A stretch of DNA of 63,132 nucleotides, filler included, from Globobulimina sp. (GCA_003354225.1; 28 parts of 28 records of this genome joined end to end with filler, not necessarily neighbours in it), one strand, 5' to 3'. Numbered from the whole stretch's first letter, positions 36,147 to 49,567 are shown. A program made the numbers and translations. Notes: generated by a model from the letters alone, not told the origin.

Positions 36147-38304
36147 CTTGCACCAGCAATCATTAATCAGAAAAGCCTGGCCCGAAAGGCTACTCGCTTG
36201 AGACCAGAACAACATGTTTGCAATGTAGACAATAATGCACAAACATGGTTTAAACGACATCGATCATCGTCGGTCGGTGAGTTAATTGCAGATAAACCAC
36301 AGAAGAAAGCATACAGAAAACCGAACAGTTTCATAAGAGGGACATCAGCGTCACACAGACCCTATGAAATTGTGGTAATTCATCGGCGAAAACAGCCCAA
36401 AAACATGATACATTCATCGAGCACACCGCCACCACGAACATCACACATAAGACACAGTAATCGCCGCCATCTAAATGCAAACAAAAACATATCACAGTCC
36501 ACCTCCCCTTCCATTTGCATACAGCATAAAATAATTCGCAGCAAAAACTGTGAAAATTATAAATCGCACAGACACAAATCGCATTTGCAACATATTGGCA
36601 ATGATAATGATCAAACTGATGATGGGAGTGATTTTAATGACAATTTAATAGCAACCAATCAAAAACTAATGAATGGGGCCGGCAAACCACGCTCAAATTC
36701 ATCCATTATTGAATCACCAAAACAGATTGAAACTGAAACTAAAATAGACACTGTGCCGGATTTGAATGAACCGACAAATTGCAATCAGATTGAAACGGAA
36801 ACAAAAATAAATTATCCCAAACCGCAATTATCCAAAAAAGCCAAGGAATTTATGAATGCGTGTTCTGCAGCAATTGCGCCTATAAATGATGAAAAAAACA
36901 ATCAAGAAAATATCGGGAACGCTGAAAAACCAAAGCTTGAAAGCTCAGAAAATGTCGGGAACATTGAAGAAAACATCGAGAACATTGAAAAATTACCACT
37001 TGAAATCTCAGAAAACATCGGGAACATTGAAGAAAATGTCGGGAACAATAATCAGATTGAAACTGTCAAGGAAACAGATCAAAAACGAGAGCACGATGAG
37101 TATGATACAGAGGAAGATACGCAACAAACCACTACGTATTACCAACCATTTTCCGGTTTATATTTAGCAGCCTCTGAGCCAGCACAATATTTGGACCAAT
37201 ATTTACCCTCTGCATTGACGCAGGATATACCCGAACCAATCCTAAATAATGAAATTAGTGAAATCCAGGAATATGAGTCTGAGGAGGAAGAGGTGGCTAC
37301 AGATTCAGAGACAAAACGAATGAAACGGAAGCAAAGAGATGAATCGTTGAAGAGGTCCGCAATGGAATTAGATCGAAGGTTTTCTGTACCAAAACCAGGC
37401 ATTATTTATAAGCCACAAAATATCGGTGCGAGTACATCGCAATTTTCGTTGGATGGTGGGTCAAATTCTGATTCTGAAGGGGCGGCACGAACGCACAGTG
37501 TGGGGATTTACGATATAACCGAAACAGGTTAATTTTTATACTTTCAGTTTGAAACTAATTCAATGCTATGTTTTTTGATATTTTTCAGTTTGAAACCGAA
37601 TGCAGTTAAAAATAATATGCATTTTACTTTCAGTTTGAAACTGAAATGAATTTTTATACATAAACACAAATAATATATATATTTTACAAATACGTACAGA
37701 TGAAAAGCAATCCAATATATCGACAATTTTGACCCACCACAATAACAATAACCACAGCAACGATGACAACGACACAAACAACATTTCGCCGCAAAGCAAC
37801 AATGAGGTGGACAGCGGCGATGACATCATCTTTGAAAGTCCCATTCCAAAGCAACAGAAAGATCGCTATTCGCGCTTTATGACCGACCAATTTATACGCA
37901 AAAAACGCATCGAATCTGAGGATTTAAGTGGTATTTTCGAGTCTGACGCAAACTATTTGATCTCGCCTTATTTCAATAAGAAATTCAGTATAAACCTCAA
38001 CGGCTCCCCTTCCAATTCCAATTCCGACTCATTCAACAAATCCATCAATATACGCAACAAACGGCTCCCCACCGCCATGTTCGCGCACAGTGAGCTGAAA
38101 GAAGAGGGTGGCGCCGCTGCCAGGAACCAAATAAAAAACCAACACTGGCATTCCGGCATTGAAATATCGTGGCGGACCACGCCATTGCCGGTCAGGGATA
38201 ACAGCGCATTGTTATTGGAGCAGAATTTTCATTGTGCCACTTGTGGATTGGTGTTGAAGTCTAATTTTTTGCGCAGAGCGAGGTATCATTATTGTAGGTA
38301 TTTG
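36147..38304 (+). CDS. Long disordered protein ending in a Rubicon-homology (Def8/PLEKHM-type) zinc domain, partial (intron 37528-37699)
   Basis: Exact intron fuses ORFs 36198-37532 and 37729-end; LLEQNFHCATCG...RYHYCRYL matches the start of an RH domain; ENxGNIEE repeats at about 36900-37050. Confidence 0.7.
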
Positions 38305-38404
38305 NNNNNNNNNNNNNNNNNNNNNNNNNNNNNNNNNNNNNNNNNNNNTTAATTAATTAANNNNNNNNNNNNNNNNNNNNNNNNNNNNNNNNNNNNNNNN
38401 NNNN

Positions 38405-38696
38405 AGATGTCTTCAATTTCTGACAGGTTTGTTTTTTTGGAGTAATTAGGTTTATGGGTGTCGTGCAGGAGGCCAGCCATGAGAACGGCCGTTGGTGCTC
38501 GCCACGTTGCTAAAGTGAAGGCCACAGCAATGGCATGTTCTACATAAGGCTCCCCATTCTTACGCCAAAAATCGGCATGGGCAGATGCAGAATAGGTTAA
38601 TGCGTTTTGGATCGTAGCTTGCTCGATCTCACTGAGATATGAAGAAACGGTTTGTAATAGCGCAGCTTGTGATCCGTTAAAAGGGTTTGGTTTCAA
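38405..38696 (-). CDS. Bacterial-type RelA/SpoT (RSH) HD hydrolase N-terminus, 3'-partial
   Basis: AHADFWRKNGEPYVEHAIAVA...AGLLHDT matches the RSH H..Q.RKSGEPY..HP..VA...AALLHD motif; no introns. Confidence 0.85.
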
Positions 38697-39527
38697 ACTT
38701 TCGACTCTTTTTCTATTTTGCAGATTCGATCTGCGTGTTCAAAAATTTGACTTGAATACAACAGCGGAATGAAGATATTCGTTCCATTCTCGCATGACTC
38801 CCTGACGTTTTGTCTTAAATTTTAGGCGAAAATCGTATAGTCAATTTTGAATGTGAGAGTGCCAATTTTCGCAAAATTTTTTTCCTTCGGCCGATTTCAC
38901 CATGTAATGGTGAATTTTTGTGAATTATAGCCCATTTTCGCAAAAAGTGATTTTTCGATAAAAAAACAATTAAATTACTGTTTTGAAAATGTCAGTTAAA
39001 ATCGTTATTTTTGTCTGGTAAATGTCAGGTTTTTCTACTTGCGAAAATCGCTAATAACTCTGTTATGGTCTGCTTAGTTAACATAGGTGTGGTTAGTCGG
39101 TCCATGTTGACGAGGGTGGACGTTGAGCAGTTAGTGTATGTTTGGGCTGAGGGGTGAAAATGGAAAAAAAAGTCAAAATATGGTCGTGGTTGGTTTTTTG
39201 AGCTATTTTCGGATAAAATTCCGTTTTTAAGTCCAATTTTTGGTACTTGTGCGTTTTAGACTATTTGGAGTTATTTAGGGCTCTTGTTGATGGAAAATAA
39301 AGGAATTTATATCATTATTTGGAGAAAAATAGTAGTGGAAAAATCTTGATTTTCCGAAAATTTTCGTTGCACGGCAAGTCGGTCTGGGTCCCAATTTTGA
39401 CTATGTTGGGTTATTAGGACAAGTTGGATGGTGGTAATTTCCGTTCACGAGAGCTATTTTAGTTAATTATTTTGTATTTGGTGCGAATATATTTTTATAA
39501 ATATATTTTATTTATATATTTTTATAG

Positions 39528-40515
39528 ATGAAAACACTGGGACATGAACTGGAAAATTGTGATCTCTTCAGATTTATGGAAATTTATGAAATTATTATCG
39601 AGAAACATATTTTACCTGTTTATCATGAAATTGAGGAGCAATTTAAAGAAAAGTCGCAAACTGGGGATGCGGAGAAATATAAAGCTTTTATGAAAAGGTT
39701 GACAGAACATATGTTGCCTAGGACAGAGCGTTTTGCTCGTAACTTGGAAACAGGCTATGTGGAAGGTACTCCAATAGGTAATAATAGTATTTTATAATGT
39801 TGTTTAATGGTTGTTTTTAATTATTTTAAATTTTAGAATTGAATGCAACAACGGGCAATGATCATAAATATGTGGAAGCAGTAAAGAATATGTTAGCACA
39901 TCTTTTGCCGCCGTCATATAAACAAATTTCACTAATTTATTATGGTCGTAATGTATCTGGACATGTGAAAACTCAAAAAGGTCGGATCACTGAAGCTATG
40001 AATCGTTTGACGTCTAGTTTTGCGAGAAATGTTAGTAATAAAATATGTAAGTTCATTTTTTTCTATTTAGGGTTTGGTAATCTTATTGATGAAGTGAAAA
40101 ATCGTATTATGAACGCTTTTGCACAAACGTCTATTAGTTCACAATGTAAGTGGTTTTTTTGTAATTTAGGGAAATAATTGAAAAACTGTTGAACAAGTAA
40201 AACTAAATTTGTTTGTAGGGTGTTACAAATGCAAAAGTCAGTTTCATAGTTGGAGAGAATGTGTTGAGGAAAGTGATGTCGCCCATATTGAATTGGAAAA
40301 GAATAGAGGAAGTTCCCAATTTAGTACATATGCTAAAAATGTTGTTAAAATGATGCCTGGGAAAAAAATTTTTCATTGCTATTCTGGTACAGTTTTTTAT
40401 TAATTGTATTTTTTGTTTTAAAAATACGTTTTTGTTACTACTAGACAATTTGTTCCGCTTCGCGGAACTAATTAGAACATTTATTTTCGGTGGCATAATA
40501 ATGGGATTTTTTTAG
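39528..40515 (+). CDS. Intron-rich eukaryotic gene with CCHC zinc knuckle (introns 39778-39836, 40047-40070, 40146-40218, 40387-40444)
   Basis: GT-AG introns preserve the frame; spliced WCYKCKSQFHSWREC = CX2CX4HX4C. Confidence 0.65.
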
Positions 40516-40662
40516 ATGGGTCGATCATGATATCCGTAAGTGGGGGTTGGGTACCTAGGCTGNNNNNNNNNNNNNNNNNNNNNNNNNNNNNNNNNNNNNN
40601 NNNNNNTTAATTAATTAANNNNNNNNNNNNNNNNNNNNNNNNNNNNNNNNNNNNNNNNNNNN

Positions 40663-42819
40663 TCCTTGCTTTCATAAAATTCAACATAGTTCTTCCAATT
40701 GCAGAACCTTTACGATATGTGGTTAGTGGCACTCGATGTTTTTTGAATATATTCACCACCTTTAAGTACAATGCATTATTTTCATCAATATTTTTTTCTA
40801 TATTCTGCACTTTATCATTTGCAACACGTAATTCTGTCAATAATATATTCTTTCTCTCTATAAAATTATTTTCAAATCCAACTAATAATTGTTGGTGCAA
40901 TTGAACCATAGCATTATTACCAGACGCAGGTGTACTCACTTTCAAGCCATGTATTTGCAAATTTACTTCTTCCAATTCAGTTAACAATTCACCAATATGC
41001 TCCTGCTCCATAAATAACGAATCAACATCAATTTTATGCTCATCATATTGCTCCTGACATGCTGTGATTGAGTACTTAAGTAAACCTTTATGAATCACAG
41101 CAAAAATCCCACTAAATACATGATGGCAGGTAGTACCCATTTTATGTACAGGTATTTCGATTATAGGTGGTGCTTTACATCCTTTACCTGCTTTCAATTT
41201 CATATTTTTAGTGCTTTCTAAATTATATTTTGATAAATTATTTAAATGTTGAATAATATCTCTATTTATTCCTGAATCCATAAATTTCATAAATTTAGGC
41301 TTACATTCATCACAAATATAACAAGAATAATTACATGAACACGAACCATACCCACAGATCTCATTAATTCCTTTCCAATCTGAACCCCACCATAAATAAA
41401 GATCTTTAACAAACACAAATATAATTGTCTCAGTACTATCTGTTTCATTTGTAAATATATCCACTGTACTATTTATTTTACAAACAGTGTTATTTTCAAA
41501 TAAATATGCACTGTTTTTGATATTGATATGTGGAATAAAAGGGGTTATGGCTTGCATAATTAATATTATATTTTCATTTGATATTTCTATAAATGCATGA
41601 CAAGCACCAATTATTTCATCATCAGTACTAAATAATAATAAACCATGAAATGTATCTGAAAATAAACCTTGTTTAATTTTCAAAGATTTATCTTTATGTC
41701 TTCCATTATTTGTATCTATATCAAATAAATATGCTAAATTCCTCTCAGTAGATAATATATTGCTGATATTTATTATTTGTACTGAAATTTCAGTTTTATT
41801 GCAGTTTACATGATGATGTTTTTTGTCCCATATTTTTTTTGAAACACTGAATCTATTTTCTTGCCCATATTTTGATTTGAGATTCGATTGCTGAATTTCC
41901 GTGGATTTGACAGTTACATACTTTGAGTCACATAGTTTTTGTGCAGCTTCACTGAAACTTAATACTGCAGTGCCCCATGAAAATTGTTTACCTTTTTGTT
42001 TAATCACAGTTATTGATGTTGGATGTTTTAATAATCCATTTATTTCCTCCACATTCGTCAATTTTTGTAAATTTAAATATTTATCATCAACGTTCGCGTT
42101 GCATAATGTTGTAATGATACTATTTTTGGGGGAATTGCTTTTTTGGCCAGCTTTAACACATACTGACTCTTGAAAATACAAATTGCATTTATCTGATCCT
42201 AAATGAGCCCAAATATAATCTCCATTAAAGGAACATAAATTTTTACCCATCCCAATATGCACATTTATTATTTTTGCGATTGATGTGGATTCCATTTGTT
42301 TCAAAACAAATGTTTCTTCAAATGATGTCACCTTTTTATTGTCAATTTTTTTCTTGATTTGCAACATAATTTTCTTAATATTATTTTTTGATATTTTACC
42401 TGCTTTTAATATCTCTATAACCTCCCTTTCCGGCGCAATAAATTTAAAACCCAACAATTCATTACAAACACTCCTTAATTCTCGTATTTGAGCTCTTTGC
42501 ATTGTTAGTTTGAGTTTTAATTTCGATGTCCTCAGCCCACCTAAACATAATATATCCATTCTATATTCATTAATTAAAGCAACCATAATTTTCTTTTTTT
42601 TACTTAAATCATTGCAACATTTATAGTCAATAAGTTTATCAATTTCTTTTGCGTGAAAATTAATATTTTTATCTCTAAACCAATGGGATATATATGGTAC
42701 ACCTAAATACTCAGATATTCGTTTATTAATTGTTTTCAATCTATTTCTGTCTTGTTTTTCAATGATACTTTCTTTCACTTTGAAATTTATATTTTCCCAT
42801 TGAGTATCATTCAGTTTTT
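40663..42819 (-). mobile_element. RAG1/Transib/Chapaev-related DDE transposase, partial at both ends
   Basis: IWAHLGSDK...SNSPKNS...DDKYLNL; LWWGSDWKGINEICG...NYSCYICDEC; PIIEIP...CHHVFSGI, the same order as the RAG1-core D, D-x-K...CxxC, LH..G motifs. Confidence 0.7.
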
Positions 42820-42919
42820 NNNNNNNNNNNNNNNNNNNNNNNNNNNNNNNNNNNNNNNNNNNNTTAATTAATTAANNNNNNNNNNNNNNNNNNNNNNNNN
42901 NNNNNNNNNNNNNNNNNNN

Positions 42920-45076
42920 GTATGATTCTTAAATATTTTGCGTATTGTTTCTTGCATAGCTTTATCTGTTTTTGTATCCACTGAACTTGTCGCTTCATCT
43001 AATAATAATATTTTTGAATTTCGAACAATGGCTCGAGCTAAACATAATAACTGCCTTTGTCCTAAACTAAAATTACTCCCATTCTCTTCAACCATAACTT
43101 CTAACGGATCCATATTAATATTTATATTTCCTGCACTCTGCTCGCTGGCACATATTTTATTTAATGCTTGCCACATATTGACAGACTTCAACGAATCTAT
43201 CAATTTTGCATCACTTGTTTGATTAAATGGATCTAAGTTATGTTTAATTGTTCCATTAAATAATACTGGATCTTGTGGTATCACTGATATCTTTTTTCTT
43301 AAATCATGTAGACCAATTTTACCAATATCGACATTATCAATTTCGATTTTTCCTTCACTCATTTCAACCATTCTTAGCAATGCTATAAACAATGAAGATT
43401 TCCCTGCACCACTTGGACCAATCACACCTACCTTTTCCCCACCTTTTATTTCAAAGGTTACTCCTTTGATTACGAAATCTAAATTATCTCTGTATTTCAT
43501 CCAAACATTATGGAAATATATGTTCCCATTGACTGGCCATTCTTTATCCAATCCAATTATTTGCTTTTCTACCATGAACGCTTTTTCTTGTTTAATATTC
43601 TGACTTTTATATTGGTCAATTCGTTCAACAGAAACGATATGCTGCTCCAAAACTGCTTTTATCTCAATAAAAAAAGTCAACAATTCACTTAGCAGCATAG
43701 CAGAAGTCAGAGAAACACCCACTAACTCCGGCGGCGGCAACGAAATAGCACAGGAAATGGCAGCAGCGCCAACTAAACAGGACGAGATAAGGGATAAACG
43801 AATACCTAACCATCTGTATGCAGACATTAATGGATAATAACAGTGCAAATCACGATTAATTAATTGCTTATTTTGTTTATTAAATTGTTTTGATTTATTT
43901 AATGTTCGAATAATACTGATTCCATCTAAAGATGCACTGAAATGTGAATAAATGGGCGAATTCATAATGGACGATAACCGGCGTAATTCCCGCATTGAAA
44001 CAATAAAATATTTTTGTAAATAATAATAGCAGATCATCACTGGAATTACAAATATTGTAAATAATGGGGTTACAATGATTGATAGTAATAGTGACACAAT
44101 GATGAGACCAAGCAATAGCAACCATTCTCTTATAATCTTTGGTAATACCTCATCGATAATATTCATATCTTTTGAAAATTTATTGATTATTCTCCCTAAT
44201 GGTGTCTCATCAAAAAATTCTTGTTTTGCATGCAACAAAGAATATAATAATCCTTGGTGTAACTTTCTAGACGCTTTAAATGCTCCAAAAATGATAACTA
44301 GAAATGATAAACCAGCCATAAGTAAAGCTACTGAGCCTAAGATACACGAGATACCAAAATAATATTCATTCATTTCATTGTTATTTGCATTACTTGCGAC
44401 CCATTTTGCCACACAAAAAGTCAAACTTATGAAACTTGAATGCTCCAACAATTTCAGAATTATATATAATAAAACTACAGGTATTCCACCCATAGCTTTA
44501 ATATATTTTAGATATAAATTCATTCCTATTGAGCCAACTCCGCGTTCTTCTGCTTTTGTAAGCTGATTAGAAAAACTTTGTGATTGAATAATAGAAAAAC
44601 TTTGTCTTCTTTCAGGATAACTTTCAACGATCGATTGTCTCTTTTTTTCCACCTTATCTGTCACTTCAAATTGTGTTAAATCAATATTTGCTTTTTGTAA
44701 TTCATTCAAAGTGCCTTGAATTTGAATCCGTGCTTCTTTCATCACAATAATGTTTTGTGCATATTTTAAAAATGCGACAGAATGTGTTGATAATATTATT
44801 GTTTTGTTTTTCTTCTTTAATAATTTTATAAAACATTCTTTAAAAATATGATTTGCAACTTCAACATCGAGTGCAGATATTGGATCATCAAAAATATAAA
44901 CATCTGCTTCACTGTAAACGGCACGTGCCAACGAAACACGTTGTTTCTGCCCACCACTTAGATTTATACCTTTTGGCCCAATTTCAGTTTCATCTCCGTT
45001 TGGAAGAATTCTTAAATCTGAAGTTAACCCACACGCATTGATCACTGTATCATAAAACATTTCATTATATTCTTTA
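42920..45076 (-). CDS. ABCC/MRP transporter (end of NBD1, TMD2, NBD2), partial
   Basis: LSGGQKQRVSLARA, FFDETPLGRIINKFSKD, GPSGAGKSS, IPQDPVLF, FSLGQRQLLCLARA, LLLDEATSSVD. Confidence 0.97.
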
Positions 45077-45176
45077 NNNNNNNNNNNNNNNNNNNNNNNN
45101 NNNNNNNNNNNNNNNNNNNNTTAATTAATTAANNNNNNNNNNNNNNNNNNNNNNNNNNNNNNNNNNNNNNNNNNNN

Positions 45177-47333
45177 ATAATATGTTTCTGTTTTTGAATA
45201 TTATAATTATGCAGCTATCATTTGTCGAAAAAACTGGCTGGCAATAATTATGCAGCTATCATTATTTATAATCAGATTATCATTTAATTTCCAACGCAGG
45301 TCCTCAAAATTAATGGAGAAGTTGGTATTAGAAATTATTGAATAACTATCCGAAGTTCCACCAAATAATTCCGGACTTAATAAAATATATCCATCAGGAT
45401 TATACAAATCAAATATGCAATCATCTATGATAATGTTGTGTGCGCCAACTTGAATTGTTGTGGTCACCAATCCCAAATAAAATGAAAGCAATGTGTTGAT
45501 ATCAGCATAATATGGACCTATTTTCCTAAATGTAGATGACTGAATAGTGAGAGAGTCAGTAATTGATGATACAAACATCGCCGTTGTTGAATATTCAAAG
45601 GTGCTGTTGAATATTCCTAATGAAGCTCTGGAATAAATAAATTCCACCCATGCTCCATATAAGTTGCTATTATTAATAATCAACTCATTCTGACACAAAG
45701 CTCCTCCTCTTAACTCATTTTGGATCCAAATTCGAAATCTTAGCATATTTGGATTAAATATACATTCAACAGAATTGTTTGCAACACAGAAATAATCGTA
45801 CACAGTGTTGAGATTATTAACAGTTGCAATGCCATAATTATTTAAAAGAATATCATGTGTGGCAAGCCCATAAATATTTATATGATTCATATCGATTTGA
45901 AATTCACTTTTAATGATTGGATAATAACCATGATCAATAAATTCATCTTCAAAACGAAAATCAATGATAATCGAGGCATTTGTTGGATGGCTATAATTAT
46001 AAAATATGGACTCATTTGAATTAAATACCCAATATTCAAAATCATCAATAATTATATCTGTCACATCATTATATATATTTAAATTGTTAATTATTATTGT
46101 TCCATGCGAATCAATTAATGATAATGGATTTTTTCAACGATAGATAATAGCACCAAATCCGAATGCATCAATATATTCGTCCACATCTCGTGTGGTGAAA
46201 GTTGTGTGACAATGTTGTTTGATGTTTTCTGAGTACAGCACCGTATAATGTATAGTGTCCAGATTATGCGTACTTCCATCCAGCACACTGAATAATGCAT
46301 ATTGAGAGTAAGTATATAAATAAATCGAGGATGAATCATATTCTTCCAATAACTGTGAACTTGATATGGTTATATTAAACATATTAATAAACATTGAGAA
46401 TTGCTCCATGTAAATTAAACCCAATTTAATATTTGTAAACTTTGTATTTGTTATGGTTGCTTCAGAATTAACTGCAGAAAAAATAATAATCGAATTTAAG
46501 ACTGTAATATCATTAAATGTCGTGTGTTGAATAAAATAATTACGATTTGTGCTGTGTCCTAAGTGGTTATTTGCAAATATGAGCGAATGGACAGAATATA
46601 TGTTATTAACATAGGAATAATTAAATACTAATTCATGAATATCGTTTGCTTGCGTTGCATGGCAGACGCCTTCATTTGCAATAAAAGATATTGTTGGCAA
46701 TTCAGCAAATGTGGTCGATGAATAAATGGAAATATTATTAAATTCGCAATTATTAAATGTCATTTTTTGTCCATGTATTATTGCATTGGCTCCCGTAAGA
46801 ATACTATCTTCATCATACGTGTTATTAACTACAATGTTGTTAAATTTACAATTATTAAATGTTACATCATCAGGTATAGGAAACCCCGGTTCGGCAATAC
46901 AGCCACCATATATTCTTGACACGCGACCGTAATTATTATTAAATTCATAATTATTCCAAATAAAGTTATTTAAAATTAATTGCGACGAAATATGTTCCAT
47001 TAAATATTCAGCAGAATTGCCTTCATTTTGACAAAATTCAACATCATACCAATCGTCTAATGTTGTGATGCTTGAATCAAATGTGATTGTTAACGTTGTG
47101 ATGCTTGAAGCAAATGTATAACCAGTTGGAATTGAACAAATTGGAACATCTCCATTGATTTCTTTGGATAAAGTGAGATTTTGCCCATAGACATATATTT
47201 CAGCTTCACCACTAGTATCAATTTGAGCAGCAACAAGTAATGCAAAATATATTGATGAGCATGCTAATGACGCATCGGTGCACAAAATATTTTGGTCATT
47301 TCCTTCTTGTGAAACAAAGCATGTATCTGCTTC
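45177..47333 (-). pseudogene. Asn/Ile-rich extracellular beta-helix-like protein with in-frame TGA (46134-46136) and a frameshifting insertion (about 45203-45263)
   Basis: ORFs 46134-47285 and 45207-46064 are in the same frame, separated by one TGA; FNNCxFNNI repeats; 20-bp direct repeat flanks a 21-bp insert. Confidence 0.6.
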
Positions 47334-47433
47334 NNNNNNNNNNNNNNNNNNNNNNNNNNNNNNNNNNNNNNNNNNNNTTAATTAATTAANNNNNNNNNNN
47401 NNNNNNNNNNNNNNNNNNNNNNNNNNNNNNNNN

Positions 47434-49567
47434 ATTGATATTGTTGATATTCATTTGTAATTATATTTATATCCCCGGTATTATATTGAGAACTACTTTT
47501 ATTTATCAATTCTTTTTTTATCCTTTGATTAAAACCATTGAACATCGTATTCCCGCCAGAAATAATAATATTTTTATACAATAATGATTTAACATCATTT
47601 AAACACGAATCAATGGATGAATTTATTAAATCTGGCAATCGATTCATTATACATTTTTCTGTACATTTAAATCTTTCTTCATTTAACCAAATCGATGATA
47701 TTATCTCTCCATTCTCGTCACTAAATATATTATATCCATCCGGTAATTGATAGCATTTTGAACTATCATTATTGTCATGGCCATCCATCCAAACATCGCA
47801 GAAATTCTCTTTAATATTATTTATCACAAATTCTTTTTTATATTTGGAGACCTTTTGGTTATAAACGTTATTTAAACCCAAAGAATATGACAATACATTG
47901 TTTTCCAACCATTTATTCACAACATTGCCGCAAATATTGTTAATATTTATCGATTTTAATTTAAACGGAATCCCTTCGAATATGGGCGCTATGGTCGTAT
48001 GTCCATAACCACTCTCAATCACAGTTCCGCTCAAATTCCCCGTCGCATGCAATGACAAAATGACATCTGGACATAAATAAAATGAATTTATATTAAATTG
48101 CTCAAACATAATTTGTGTTATTTTCTCTCTGTTCTCTGCATCGTTCATTAATGACTCGCTCATTAACACTAATTTGCAATCATTGGCTGGATCCATTTTC
48201 AATGTATCTTTGAAAATATGCCACCATATTTTCTCCATCGAGTCCCAATCGTTAATTATTCCATTCTCAATAATATTATGTTGCAAATTTATAAATTTCT
48301 CGTTTTTTATTGCTTTGTTGCCAATGTAATATATATCCGAATTCAAACTGTTAGCCATATTTTTTAATTTATCTCCGTGTCCAATTATAGTCGGAAACGT
48401 TTCTGGTATTTCGGTGGTATTATAGCCACATTTCATAAATCCAGAGCCATTGTCAATTATCACCACACTTTCTCCGGATTCATTATTAGGTTCACACAGT
48501 ATTTGGGCACCCAATTTTGGCGCAATTGTTTTGTAATTACTTTGGTGCAAATATGAGCCGTACATATAACTCGATTCTTCCTTGATTTCATCGTCTACAT
48601 TCATAGTAAATATCGCCTTTTCCACAGTTTCTTCATTTGTTGGTTGCAATGTTTGTGATAAGGATGGAATTTCATCCTTTTTCGGTGGCTTTGCAGTTTG
48701 GTTCATAATGTTTGTATTAATTTTATTATTCAAAAATTCAATTCGCTTCGCTTGAGATTCAATTGTTTTATTTGCAGAATTTAATTCATTTAAAACAAAT
48801 TTCATTTGCGATTGTAAAATAAGCACAGAATTTTCCAACGATTGATATTTTTGCTGATAATCATTGATAATAAGCATTAAATGTTTATGTTGATAGTCTT
48901 TAAAATGGTGATCCATTTTATTGATTTGCTTAATGTCCATTGTATATAAACATCCTTGTGATAATAAGGGACATTTGATTGATTTACTTATTTTACTCTT
49001 ACTTGTTTTATTGATTTTTTTTGCTTTTGTACATGTTTGATTTACTGCATATTTATGTGCTTGTTTGAGTGCGTTGTCTCTGCTGTTTGTAGATGAGGTT
49101 CGCCGTCGGGTCGAATAGTTTTCTTGTTTCCATTTCTTATGCGTGTCGTTATAAATAATAGTATCAGTGCACGTGGTCAATCTGCGCCGTTTTGATATAT
49201 CGTCATTTGCATTGGTATTATCATTACGACATTGCAGCAAATGGCTATCTAATAGTGATAATGTACCATTCCATTTGCAATATTTATGATGACAATTGAC
49301 TTGCAATTCGTCAATCATATGTTGTAATACCTTTGGTAATACTTTTGGTTCTTTAATATTTTTGTTACAATGATTTACGTTGCATGTTGAGTTTTGTTTA
49401 CTTAATTTCTCGATACATCCATTGCAATAAATATGATTATTATCGCAAATTCTCCCAAATCCTTTCTTGGGGATATTTCTACATTGATTGCAAACTAATC
49501 CTTCAACAAAGCCTTTGTGAATTGCAATGTTTGCAGACCAAACAGTTTGAAGAGACATTTGTGGCAA
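47434..49567 (-). CDS. RING/TRAF-type zinc-finger protein fused to an actin-like domain, 3'-partial
   Basis: CNQC...C..NHIYCNGC...C, CKWNGTLSLLDSHLLQC, CPLLSQGC...HKHL, coiled coil, then VIIDNGSGFMKCG, DWDSMEKIWWH, NREKITQIMFEQF, IESGYGHT, NIIISGGNTMF in one ORF. Confidence 0.9.
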
